The notes under the pieces: model-generated
What the model was told of the DNA's origin: nothing
What the model saw: the letters and a program-made list of their open reading frames with translations, nothing else
Database searches by the model: none
Shown: piece by piece, positions 49,110 to 61,340 of the stretch
Layout: each line of letters opens with the position of its first letter
Position numbering within the stretch: position 1 is the first letter of the stretch
Made by a program: the position numbers and the translations under genes
Assembly: GCA_043228905.1 (NCBI GenBank)
Contig: JBHGNT010000021.1
Coordinates: 9,300,001-9,364,000, forward strand
Direction of reading: 5' to 3'
Length of the DNA: 64,000 bases
Source of the DNA: Azolla caroliniana
Lineage: Eukaryota; Plantae; Polypodiophyta

Positions 49110-52076
49110 TGTTAACCGTTTCTAGGGAAACACCTTTGATGAGCCTACAAGCTATCGGTGTCAAGGGATCGTGTTACGTGGAAGCCTCTTCTACACGGGG
49201 AAAAGGAAGGAGAACGGGGAGCGTACACGGGCTACCACTCGTTAGGCATAAACATAGCTCGATTTATGAGTACGAGGAGAATACACAGATAGAAGATTGG
49301 CAAAAACAAAACTTATATTAAATGATAAAGCTTACAACGATTACAATACTCGGCTCTTAGCCGGAAACAGTTCGTACAGAGCTTGCTGCTAGGATAATAC
49401 TCTCGCTAAGACTAATCTAGATAATCCCCCCTTGAGTTATGCATAACTTGGGCTATATAGTTTTCCTCTTGAGACAGAGCCGAGCCATCGGCTGATTGTG
49501 AGGGCTAAAACACGGCTATCTATTTCCTCACCTACTCTTCTACCTAACGGCGAGTTTACATAATGTATTTATATTTCTGGCCTATGGACAACACCTGGCA
49601 TGCTTGTGGGACAGGACTTTGTCCGTCGGACCCACAGTTCACAATGTAGAGGGGTAACCATGGATTGGGCAAATAGAAAACAAATTACAAAAATTGCCTG
49701 TTTATATGAGGGCTTATAGGTTTGTTTTATTCCTCTTCCAATATGCCAAGGATATCCTCGGGGGCGTGGGGTTGGTCTGGTTGTTCGGAAGGTGGGATTG
49801 GTGATGGAGGTTTTGTTGCCGAGTCGGGGATGGTTGTGTCGTCGTGTGCGCCCTCCTCTGTTGGGACCGATTCAGGCAAGGTCGTGCCTATAGTCTGTGG
49901 CTTGAGTGGTATGTGGGGGTATGTAGGGGTAGGTTCCTCTGGTCTGGCTTCCGTGGTGGGTGGCTCGGGTCCTTGCTCGTTGGTCGTGGGAGCTCTGTTA
50001 ATCTCAGTAGCTAAGCGTTCCTCCTCGTAAGCTTCGGCTTCTAAGCGAAACACCATTAGATCGTCATTGAATTCCTCTAAAAGTTTCTCAATGGCCGCGG
50101 TGTGGGACGCTACTAAGGTATGATATTCCTCAGTTAAGTCTTCACAGAGGGTCTGGATGTTGGTGTCATCCATCTTGTAAAACCCTTGGCCCTCCTTCCG
50201 TCGGTTCTCGTCATCCGCGTGTAGTATGTGTAGGTCCGTAGCTTGGGTTGACCACTCCTGCCAGACATGGTCAAGCGTTTCTTCGATCTTCTTGGTGAAT
50301 TGCTGGCAATACTTGTTGATCAGGATCTTGATTTTAGTATTGTCCATGCCGATGCTAGCTCGGTTGACTTCCACTTCCTCCCTTGCGGCCTTGACTTCTT
50401 CTTGGCTTTTGCGGACGAGGAGCGCTAAAGTAGCTTGATTATCTTTTGCTTTTTCGGTGATGAGCACGATTGTCTGCTCATAACGTTTGGTGAGCTAAGC
50501 TACAGTTTCGTCCATATCCTGTCTCCAAGTGTCCCAATATTGTTCTCTGGCGGCGATGTGCTTTGTTTGCAATTGGTGATACGCATCGGAAATTTTTTCC
50601 CTTTGCTCTTCCGGGATCCTCCACTTCTACATATGTTCGTTTGCCATTTCTTGTAAGGCCCTTTGATGAAATCGTAATTCCTGGTTGTTTGCGAATAGCT
50701 CTTGTTCCCGTTGGCTATTCCGCTCTACTTCTTTGATGAAACGTTCTTTGGCCTCGGTGATAGAGACCTAAAGGGTCATCACCTCTCGTTCTTGTTCTTT
50801 GAGTGCAACCGAGCTTTCAGCGAGCAGTCACTTGAGGTCAGCTTCGCGGCCCGTAGCTTGTTCCCGTAGTTGGCCAAGAATGTTGTTGTGGTTCTGTTCT
50901 ACTAACTCGGCCAGAGCAATCTGGGACTTAAGATCCTCCTAGTAGTCCCGAAGGGGAGGCCCGGTCTGGGTTGCCGCTTGCTGGATTTGGGGAGAGGGTT
51001 CCCTGTCTGTCTGTGTAGATCGTTCCATGACGACTGGTGGTGGTGGCGTTTGCATGGAGGCGTGGCTGGTTTGGGGGTGCGAGCTGATATTTTCCTGTGA
51101 CGATGGCTCGCTTGTATGTACCAAGTCCTTCATTGTGCTGGCATCGACCGTGGTTACCCTGGGGTGAGCGGTGTCGTCTTTGTGTGCTTCAATACCCGCA
51201 ACGCTCAGGCTCAGGTTCGGAAGAGTGGTTGGTGAGACATCGTCACTCGGTGCAGGGAGGCTTAAGGGCGGCTATTCTGGATGTTGCTGCGTGAATGTCA
51301 CCAGTTTCTCCTCGGCGGCTTGCCATAGCTCGATAGCCCATTTGGCTTGCTGATGTGCTGTTTTGATACGTCAGGCCATGTCCTTGGCTGCCCGAGTAGT
51401 GTGGTGCAGATTTCGATATGCCTCGACTAAGGCCGTGTTCAGATCTGGTAGTTCCATGAGGAGCGAAGCATTCTTTGCTTGCTTCTTCTGTCCTATCTTC
51501 TGTAAGGCTCGATCCTCATGAGGTTCGATTTCTCCCATTAGAGCGCGTTGGATCATCTTTGTTTCGGCGTGCTCCTCGGCCATACAAGCGGCGGCAGCTA
51601 CTTGGGCGCGCGTGAGGAAATCCATTAACTCATATGTTGTGCCTAGTTGAAGTAGTGCACTGAACTCATATGCCTGAACTCGTATGCCTCCGCGGGGAGA
51701 TCTTTGTAACCGAGGACTTCCCCCTTTGATATCTGCGTGGTTTTTCCATGCTCAATCCTACCGACTTGGAGCCATGACTCCGCTGGTACCATGGCCGTGG
51801 AGGTCGGGCTAGCCTCTTTTGATTTCTGATGATGGTTACCCTCGGTTTCTGTGGTTGACTCTCAAATGATACAGTGTCTTTTTGGCGGCTGATCCTGTGC
51901 GTCCGGGGCCAGTGGTGTTGGCTCCTCGGCCTGTTTCCTCTTTTGTTGCCATATGGCTGAGGGTTGTTGGCTTGTGGGCCGTGGGCTCGGTTGTGGAGAC
52001 GACATCGATGTCCTTGGCGTTTTTTGGCATATAGTGACATCCTTAGTGATGCGTTCCTCGGCCTCGTCCCATTCGA
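49110..52076 (-). mobile_element. 5'-truncated gypsy element (extra ORF, tRNA-like motif, 3' LTR 49110-49593), a distant relative of 2853-12943
   Basis: Minus-strand LTR TGTTGTCC...GGTTAACA. The coiled-coil ORF (49727-50467 and upstream fragments) is homologous to 11508-12425. Confidence 0.8.
49596..49639 (-). other. tRNA-Arg 3'-end-like motif in the PPT position (second family)
   Basis: Minus strand AACTGTGGGTCCGA-C-GGAC-AAA-GTCC-T-GTCCCACAAGCATGCCA, then GG, then LTR TG. Confidence 0.7.
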
Positions 52077-52789
52077 CACACCTTTGTAGCCTTTGTAACA
52101 TTATTACATGTAGCTCCCAAAAACATAAAATGATCATCTGCTGGCTCTTGAGCAATACATTGTCTCCCAGATGGCAATCTTAACCCAACTAAATCTCCAT
52201 CCACTGGCATATTATGTAGCTTAACAAGTATAGAATGAGTGACAATAGTAAACAAAAGTGGACTGAGGGGGCGCCCTTTTCTAACTGACCGTCGAACCGA
52301 AATAGATTGTGTTACTCCTCCATTAAGCATGACATGTGACATTGAATCATCCCACAATGTATATATCAAATTTGACATACGATCACCAAACCCCATTCGA
52401 TGCATCACCTGACATAAAAAAGACCAATTAACATGATCATATGCCTTCTCTAGTTCCAATTGCAACATCACAATCTCTTGTTTAGTTTCCATAGCAAAAT
52501 CCGTTGCCATTTGAACATTTAAAATATTATGCAAAATGTCTCGATTGGCCAAAATACCATATTAAACATTATGGATAATTGTTGGCAATACTATATGTAA
52601 TCTATTAGTCAAAATCTTTGTGAAAATCTTATAGATTCCTCCCATCAAAGGTATCTAGGCCTCCATTGAGCAAAAGACACTGGAGATGGCACTTTAGGTA
52701 ACAGTTTCATTAAACCAATCTTCCAAGATTGTGGCATGTGCCCTGTGGACCAAACATTTTGGAATAGAATTGCAAAGGACCTCTTCAAG

Positions 52790-53596
52790 TGTGTATTGCT
52801 CATGTCGATGAAGCAACAGATATATGTCATCCTCTTCATGTGCATCACCTCCCACACTGTGGCGTCAATTTTATCCGGTCTCTTGTCCCCGAATTGAACA
52901 AGGCAACCAAAGATCTTTAACCACTAGCATATCCCTCATCTTCGACTTCCACATTGAGTAGTTGGAGCCGGTGAGCTTGAAAATGCCGCCGAACGATTCT
53001 TCTATTTCCTGTGTTGTTCGCTCTGATACCAGTTTGTAGGGAATAGCGCGAAATATTGCTCGGCCACAACCGAGTCTTAGATCACTTCGTTCAAGGATCA
53101 AGCACAGAAATGGGAATAGAGATGAATACTCGTACACCAAAAGAAAGTACACAGGATGTTTACATGGAAAACCCTAATAGGGAAAAACCACGGGAGCCCA
53201 CAGACTCCAAACTATCACTACATGATAAAGGGACAATCAGAGACTCGGAGGCAATGACCTCGAGCTCTAATTCTTCGCCAAGCGGCGGTTACAACAGAGT
53301 ATCGCTCTGTATCTCCTCTCTCTCACTATCTATCACTCTCTCTCTATACAACAGTTATGCACATACAACAATAACCACCATTAAGTGATTGCCCTAAGTC
53401 ATATTTATACTTATATGAACTTAGGGCTATTTACAAATACAGCCTCAATAGGCTTACTCAAAACATATTTACAAATATATCTTCTCTTCCGGTTCTCACC
53501 GAGTCCATCTGATCCAGTTTCCGGATCTCTTCTGGTTCTCACCGGGTCCTCTTCATTCATAACCGGATCCCATCTGGAGGGACCGACTTCCCAACA
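52790..53596 (-). mobile_element. Copia 5' fragment: LTR 53035-53596, PBS 53020-53031, gag start
   Basis: LTR TGTTGGGAAGTCGGTCCCTCC is related to 17165. PBS TGGTATCAGAGC. Gag KLTGSNYSMWKSKMRDMLVVKDLW. Confidence 0.85.
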
Positions 53597-56532
53597 ATGT
53601 GCACGTCTTTTCTATGCGAGTAGCACTGTGGGGGACCTGAACCATGAAAGATGCTATGTTATTAAAGAGGTACTTGTGGTTACTCACCACTTTTCATGGG
53701 TTTGGTTTTGTATATTCCCTTTAGTGTATTTCCCTCATTGAATGACCTTCTTTCAATCCCTTTTTGGATTGCCTTGGTGGATTTGTCTTCATGCAATCCC
53801 TTTGTGGTTTGACCTTCGTGTAATCCCTTTGGGGATTGGTCTTAGGGAATGACCTCACATAAGGCTTTCATGGATTGCCTTGTTGCAATCCTCCCATTGT
53901 ATGTTGGATTTGTGCAGTCTTTTCATGGAATGCACCCCTTTTGTGTAATGCTTTCATGGAATATCTTCGTGAATTCCCCTTTCAAATTCCATTTAGGGAT
54001 TCTTTTGGCATTCTACCCACATGTAATGAATGGGCACACATACAAATAATGTGTGTTGCTGATATAGACCATGTTTGAATTCAAGAGAAAGGGGAAGATA
54101 GGTTATTTTTTCTTAGGGATTTAAACGTCATGGCCACGCCGATAGAAAACGGGACAATCTTTTTTGTAACCGAGCTATAAAAGTCATGCTTGTGGTTTTT
54201 TAGGTTTTCTTCTTGAACCCTAGGATCTATGCTAAAGCTTTTCTCTCTCTCGCTCTCTCATTTTACATGAGTTTCACGTTGAGTGTTTGCTATAATCCAA
54301 AAATGAACCCTTGTGTATGTGTTGATGGTGATTCTTGATTAATCAAAGTATGGTTAAGTTGTTGATGTGTATCCTTACATTTTATTTGTTATAAACTTAT
54401 AAGTTATTGATTGAGCCTTAGTTGGGGCATTTAGCTCATGATGAAGAGATCAAAGTTAGTGGTAAGCCCCTGCCATACTTTGGACGACACACAACCCATT
54501 AAGACACCAACGATAAAAAGGATAGTGACAACTTAGAAATACACGACTAGAAAAAAGGAGAAGACAAAAAACCTCAATCTAGGTTCTCAAGCTTAATGGT
54601 CACCTTAATGGGAAAGGGGATAACCCCTTTTTGTTATTTTTCAGCACCTTCTCAATCTTTAGTGAAAAAGACTCCTCCTAGAATCCAAGCTAGAGCTCTC
54701 ACTCCTTTTCTTCTTCTCGTTGCCATTTTAAGATGAGTGATTAGGATTAAATGCTATTTAGATAAATCCTAATCACTCCTTGCATGTGGTGTGTTTTTTA
54801 CCTTTTCTAATGGAGGCATGATTTTTGTTTATTTATGTAACTCTTTTGTATGTGTTTAGGTAACATAGCTATAGAATACTTGGCATAATACACCTCAAAT
54901 ACATATGGTAAGTATTCTAAAAGTATTCCACCTTTTTCTTTAAATAATTAGAATACACATTCTACAAATAAAATACATAGTTCATACATTAAATATATAG
55001 AATAGGTCTCAAATATGTTCAATGCTTCTTAAAATTTAAAGCTTTAAAATAGAATTAAATCGTTTAGTTGTTTAGAGATGTTAAATACTTGTTAAATACG
55101 TAGAATGCATAAAAGATGTCTTAGAATACGTAGAATATTTTAACAACACATTTTTAAAACTTTGAATAATGTAAGTATTAACATTTAAACCTAGAAGGAT
55201 ATCAACAAGTATCATAGTAAAATTAGCATTGGAAAGAGACTTGAGTTAGAGTTGTAGAAATAAGGTTATCACGGATAGTGGATTGGGAGCAAGTGTTGAA
55301 TGCTCTTTCTTGATCTGCCAGCAAAATGTTATACAACAGAGTGATCCACTCAGCTAACAATATTAGTGTGGAGCCAAAACTCCCTTGATACAAAGATGTG
55401 TGTGATGTGTGCTTGGTGCAATGGCCTTATACCAACACATCTTTTGACAATTTTGGGGAGTATCGAAGCCATCGATGAGCTTTTCAAAAGGTTCGGGCAA
55501 ATTCCCCCATTAATAAGACATTAATAAGAGGAGATCCCGATGCGAGTGTGAGGTCATAATTGATGCATGTTGATTTCATTATTTGTTTCCTAAGTAAATG
55601 GCTATTTTTCCCTAACCTATGATAAGTGCCCAATGGTTTACATCACGTTAATTGCCAATTACATTTCTATTACATTTCGATTATCATCACTTTCTCCTAC
55701 CTTGATTTTTATTAAATTAACTTTAACTTTTCTTAATATCAAATTTTATTATTTTTTGTTTTAGATGGGAATCTCTTCAAAAATAAATTTGAAAAGGAAA
55801 GTATAGAAGTGAAGAATTTTTTGTACTCCTAACAACGACCATTATACTTGGTATGGGGGAATATTAGCCCCCGACACCTCCTTTACTGCGTTAAAATATA
55901 GGAAATTCGCGCACACAACTGCTCTAGCATACATAACTTCAACACAAAGCCGAATCATGAATCTTTAACACGAGGCTTAAGTAGATGAAGTTTTTAGATT
56001 CAAGCTAGGAAGCTTCTTGCTTTGAGCTTGTGAATTAAACTTAGCCCCCACGAACTACAAAGTGCACAACCAAAATAGGAGCGTTTGCCTCTCTTGAATA
56101 ATACCTTAAGGAACCATGCACCTTGGTCCAACATTTTTAAATTCAAACATATCCCCCAATGGATAGCGTTTAGGTAAATGACTCATTAGAAGAAAAGCTA
56201 TGAAAATGTGTGGAATATGTGGAGGTGCACTAACAACTAGAATTGCACCAAACCTAGACCTAAATGCAGGCCAAACATATCGTCACATCTTCCACACATA
56301 CACTAGCACATGATGACCTAGGTGCAAGGCATACAACTCTAAAGTAGGATTGCTAGATGTCGCCATAGAACTAGGAGCCATAGAAATATGGTCCTCTCAA
56401 CTAGTCAAAGCTAAGATGTCCAACTCCATTGCCTACAAATATATCAGAGGTTCTCATCAAATGCAAGTTCGCACAAGGCACTATGTACAAGGCTCATAAT
56501 CTTGAATGATTAATAGGGTAGAGTCCACCAAA

Positions 56533-56865
56533 TGATAAGGTTAATTGATGAGCAAATTAGTCTAGTAGCACATGTTTACCAAATCAACAATAGTTTTTAT
56601 CGAAGAATTTGCATGACGAGGATAAGTAAGGAAAGACATACAATCACCCACCGCATAACTTATGGCTAATGAGAATGAGAATGATGATGATTGATGATGA
56701 AGATAGACATGGTGTAATGGTGGAGACGATGGATGGTATGATGGTGAGAGATCATGAAGATGCAAGACAAGCATTGAGAAGCATTGCGGGGTGGGGGGTG
56801 GTGCCTAGAATGGCTCCACCCCCCTCCCAAGGGGGTTCAACGTTAAGGGGGAGAGAGAGAAAGAT

Positions 56866-56932
<67 letters not shown>

Positions 56933-57199
56933 GGTTATTCATGTTTCATTCATTCCCCATAAGGGGTTAAATAGTACAAGAGGGGGTAGATACATAGGGG
57001 TGTAAGCCCCCTCGAGCATTCATATTGGACACTCACTCACACCTCCTCGTATCCATGCACATGCACACACGTGTGCATGTGTTCACATACGTATAGACTC
57101 ACAATTACATTTATGCCCCCTACACATACACAACATCATGATAACATTCGACCCTCGCTCATCACACTTGACTCTCCATACATCTCGTACGGGGTAACA
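56533..57199 (-). repeat. Probable LTR of a third family
   Basis: Minus strand TGTTACCCC...CCTTATCA with TATA-like CTATTTAA and a (CT)n tract, preceded by the tRNA-like motif. The distal end is uncertain and there is no second copy in the window. Confidence 0.45.
56869..56928. repeat. (AG)n microsatellite
   Basis: Direct reading. Confidence 0.9.
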
Positions 57200-57204
57200 C
57201 AATA

Positions 57205-57245
57205 TGGCACGCTCGTGGGAAAGTGCCTTGCACATCGATCCCACA
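57205..57245 (-). other. tRNA-Arg 3'-end-like motif (third copy)
   Basis: Minus strand TGTGGGATCGA-T-GTGC-AAG-GCAC-T-TTCCCACGAGCGTGCCA, then TATTG, then TGTTACCCC. Confidence 0.65.
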
Positions 57246-57699
57246 TGCCTTGATGATGATATTTCTTCGACCGGAACTTCCATCGGTCCTTTCAACGATC
57301 GACTCCCTCGATCGGAATGCTTGACTCGAACATCTTTGTCGGTCAGCAAATCGTCCGTGACACAAACATTCTCGTTCTGTCGGCTTACAAACTTCATCAT
57401 GGGTCCAAAAGCACGTTGTGTGTATGTGTGTTCTTCCTTTAATTTTGTGTGAGTTGTCGTTGTTGATCACATCCATTTCTCTAGGTGGATGAGTTTTTAC
57501 AATTTCGTCGGTGCCCTCAAGTTTATGAAATTTTAGGTTGCTACCCTTTGTTTTTGAAATATTATCAAATACCCTCATGTTTTAAAATTATGTTCCATAC
57601 CCCAATCATTCTCTCTTGCCCTTTCTCTATTTTTCTTCCCGGCCTATCTTCTGCTTCAATTTCTTCTTTATCCATTCCTGTCTTCTTGTTTTTGTAATG

Positions 57700-58892
57700 C
57701 TCCGACTTCGTCTTTATCTCTAGGTTATTGTTGTGGTCTGTTATTACACTCTCTCTTGTGCGTATCCCTCATCTCTTTCTACTTCTTTCTGCTTTCGTTT
57801 CCTGCTTCTCTTCTTATTTTCTCTATCTGTTATTCTTCTTCTTCTATACCCCTCTTCTTTCCTTCTTGTGTTCCATTTTCCACCTCTCTGTTTCTTCTTC
57901 TATCTCTGTTTCTTCCACTTCGTCCTTGTTCTGTTTTTGCGTTTCGGGGTAGGGAGGAAACGCGACCTTCACTCTCCCTTTGCTTGCACGTCATCTCCTT
58001 CTTTGTGCTGCCGTCGTCGTTTCCGTCCTTCTATATTCATTGTTGTCGCTTCTGTGGCCATTGCTATTCATCGTCCCGACGCCTTTCATCTCTGTGTCGG
58101 TCATCACCATCTCCCTTTCTCGTCGTCGCTAGGCCTGTCCGGCCAGTCTCCAGTCGGCTGCCTGTTTTGGCCGAGATTCGTCGCATGACCGCTCTATTCA
58201 CTCGTCAATATTTGGCCATCTATCCGGCCGTTCTTCCGGCCTCCGTTCTGGCCGCGGTTCGGATGTGTCTAGCCGTTGTTGTCTATCGGCTGTCAGTTGG
58301 TTGCCGTCTCTACCTTCGGCCCTTCTGGTTGTGTCTTTTCGGCCGCCTCTACAACCATTCGATGTTTGCTATTCCGGCCATCGTCCGTCGCTTTGTCCGG
58401 CGTGTCCGGCGTGTCCGTCGATTCCAGTCCGTCGATCCCATCGTGGTCGCCAAAAACTGTGTTAACTCTTAGGGCCGGACAATGGCCTAACACAGGGTGT
58501 CTACGGAAGACACTTCACCAAAGGGGTGTTACGGCAACAAGATTAGACTCAACGATTAATCCGACTTAATTAGGTTACTTAGCATGATCGTCTTTAATAA
58601 TCACACGCGTAAGATATAACAATGAATGCAGAACGACAATTAACATAGAGAGATAACAACACTAAGCTTTATTAATTAACGGTTGTTCATTACATTGTAT
58701 CCGGGCCTTTAAATAGGTTTCCGGTCTGTATTACAAAACGGTGCCATCCGCACCTGTTCGGGATCGGTCCGGATTCGGAACGGCATACCGTTTTCGGTCC
58801 GTCCGTCCACACTCATAGCTTACTTACAACCATTCCTACTAATTAAATAACTCCCCATTTCACACTTTGGACTCCTTTGCCGGCCGATAATA
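57700..58892 (-). mobile_element. 5' LTR (58460-58892), PBS (58436-58452) and non-coding internal part of a relative of the 2853 gypsy family
   Basis: Shares GTGGACGGACGGACCG, GACCGATCCCGAA, CCCTTTGGTGAAGTGTC and CACCCTGTGTTAGGC with 2853-3313. PBS TGGCGACCACGATGGGA. Internal end approximate. Confidence 0.75.
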
Positions 58893-59549
58893 GCTAATAA
58901 TAGTTGTACAACCCATACATGCACTGGTTTCCCTAATGGAGAGGGAGAAACAAGAAACCACTCTTGTACCATGATGAAGTGATCTTAGTAGTAAAATCAT
59001 GGCAATATATCCAAACTTGTCCTTCGATTTAGGCTTTAACAAATTACACCAGGCAATGAGCCCATTTTCAAATGAGGACAATGGCAACTTTCTTACTACT
59101 CTTAATGATGAAGTTAAGTTTTGGTTTTGAAATATTCTAGAGGAAACTCTAAATAATGTTACATACATTGCCGAACATTCCTTAACCAAATTCACAAGAT
59201 GATGGAGGAAGTGGATTTATATTGATCAATTTTCTACTTGAAGAAGTCGCAAAGGAAATGGTATTTTTTTTTAAAGTTAAAGATTTTCTTCAATAGTATT
59301 AAGAGAAAACACTCGAAGGCTACAACTTGAACTTGTCTGCCCAACAACTTACAACTTTTTATGTATAATGATGTACAATAATCCTAAGACGAAGTATAGG
59401 ACTTTGTAGAAGGTGTTGGAATTTGTTGATGTACATTGCCATGATGTACTGATATTCAAGAAAGGGTCCATGGAAGACGATAGGGCCATTGAGGCCCTTG
59501 AGTTGACCCTATAAATAGGGGCAATTTTTTCCATAAGTGAAGAAGCTTC

Positions 59550-61340
59550 TTCCTTCTCTTATTCACAGTCTCTGGGAAACCATGCATATTGTTATACTGG
59601 TGCCGAACTATTGCCAACAAGTTCTCCCATATCTCGAGCAGTACATATGATAGACGAAGATTTGCCGCATCATAAAGTCAGTTACATTGGCATTTCCATA
59701 ATACCCATAACATTACCGTAGTTACTATTTTCCAAACATAGACAGATTGCACCTACTTTGGAGGTTGCTAAAGGGACTAACTAATATCATTCTTCTATTA
59801 TGTAACATCAATGCCTTGTGGACATCTTCTGCCTCATACAACATCAAGCTAGAATGTAACACTCCCCACATCATTGATCCCCATGAAAATAGGCAACCGA
59901 CATTGATTGTTAGAAATAAAGAAAGGACTTTATTCCATACTTGTTGAGCCAAGGGACAAGACTAGAGGACATGCTTGGTAGTTTCCTTATCTACATGGCA
60001 AAAGTCACATTGCCTAAGATTGGGCACTACATTCCCTTTCAATGAATGACTAACTAGTAATGACATATGCACTAATAGCCATCTGAAGAGAATAAATTTA
60101 GTTGGCCTCTTAAATTACCTGATCCATCTCCAATAGGTTTTCAAATGCAAAGTTGAGACACCCCAGTTAGTCCAATGTTTCAGAGTTGTTCGTACCTTTA
60201 CATTCTGAGACAATAGTAATGACCTTCCAAGTTTTATTGAGTAATGAAAGAAGGGAACCTTTATGGTATGTTCCCCCAAGGAGTGTGACCAAAATCAACC
60301 CCCCGTATCCCATTTTAATCTTGCAACCTTGTCTTTTGCGTACAACCACAACATATCACACATGTGAGCAATGGAAGGATAAGGATCAATTATCACATTG
60401 TGGTTGGTGCACTTTGTGAATGGTGTAGATAACTGCAACCAAAGGTATAAGGTTACAATTAGTTGTTGTGCAAAACTTCAAAATAAGAAGGACACCCATT
60501 AGGTGAAACACCTTGACAACCAACAATGTGTCATTTATGAAGCATCTAAACCATGAATGTTCCTACCTAGGTGTTGGAAGGTTGTAGAAAACAAAGAATA
60601 TGTCACTAATATGCTAGCAGTCATTATCTTGGCACCATGAACAAATTGTAATGCACAAGACGATCTTCTTGTGGCATTTGCTGAAATTGAGTCCAAGTTC
60701 TTACAAATTTAGTTGGCCCATTATCCAATTGAACCTAGGCGAGCGAGTTCTCAGGCCCAACACTTTTTCTACATTATCCCGAAATAGAGAATTGGCAAGA
60801 AGAGGCTGATTAAGTAATGCATCCCACGTAGAAGGCTTGTCCTTAAAAGCAAAAATGACTTAATCGCACCCCATGCCTTTATGAAATCCTAGCAAAAATC
60901 TATTTGATGCAAGATCCCACCTTGGTGTTTGCACATCATTCAAGAACAACCACTTTAGAGAGGGTGACCAAACTCCTCCCTTCTTGGGACTTAACTTGCA
61001 TTAGCCGATTCAGAAATATTTCTTTCCAGACTTCGGATCTTGGCAACAATCCTTTGATCACAAACTTAATCAAGAGGGCTCTTGACTGCATCAAAGGATC
61101 TATCAAACCCAACCCTCACTGGATTTTAGGTTGAATCAACACATTCCAAGCAACTTTGGCTACTTTTGGAGATCCATGTTTTCCCCTGAGAGGAAATGAC
61201 GGACCAAGCTTTGCACTTTCGTTATTGCTGATCTAGCCAATAGCCAAACAGATGTTATAAACCACATTGAAGCCAAAATACTGAGTTTGCTACTACAACC
61301 CGGCCTGCAAAGGACAATTGTTGGGCATCCCAACATAGCA
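59550..61340 (-). mobile_element. Degenerate L1-clade LINE 3' fragment
   Basis: KVAWNVLIQPK..WGLGLIDP and zf-RVT-like CDFCHVDKETTKHVL*SCPLAQQVW. Confidence 0.7.

Larger units (their letters stand above)
47299..52780 (-). mobile_element. 5'-truncated L1-clade LINE with poly(A) tail, split by the gypsy fragment at 49110-52076
   Basis: T12 at 47299-47310. WRP, LQLELEKAYDHVNW, VRKGRPLSPLLF, ADD, then TKV|WELFSLASGLKIN joins across the insertion. Same family as 25279-27306. Confidence 0.88.

Noticed and set aside
53600-56500. Possible degraded transposon coding fragments (e.g. 55200-55560)
   Set aside because: Too degenerate to assign without a database search.
57728-58569. Several overlapping 75-238-aa ORFs
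   Set aside because: Low-complexity, antisense to a retroelement internal region, with no domain motifs.
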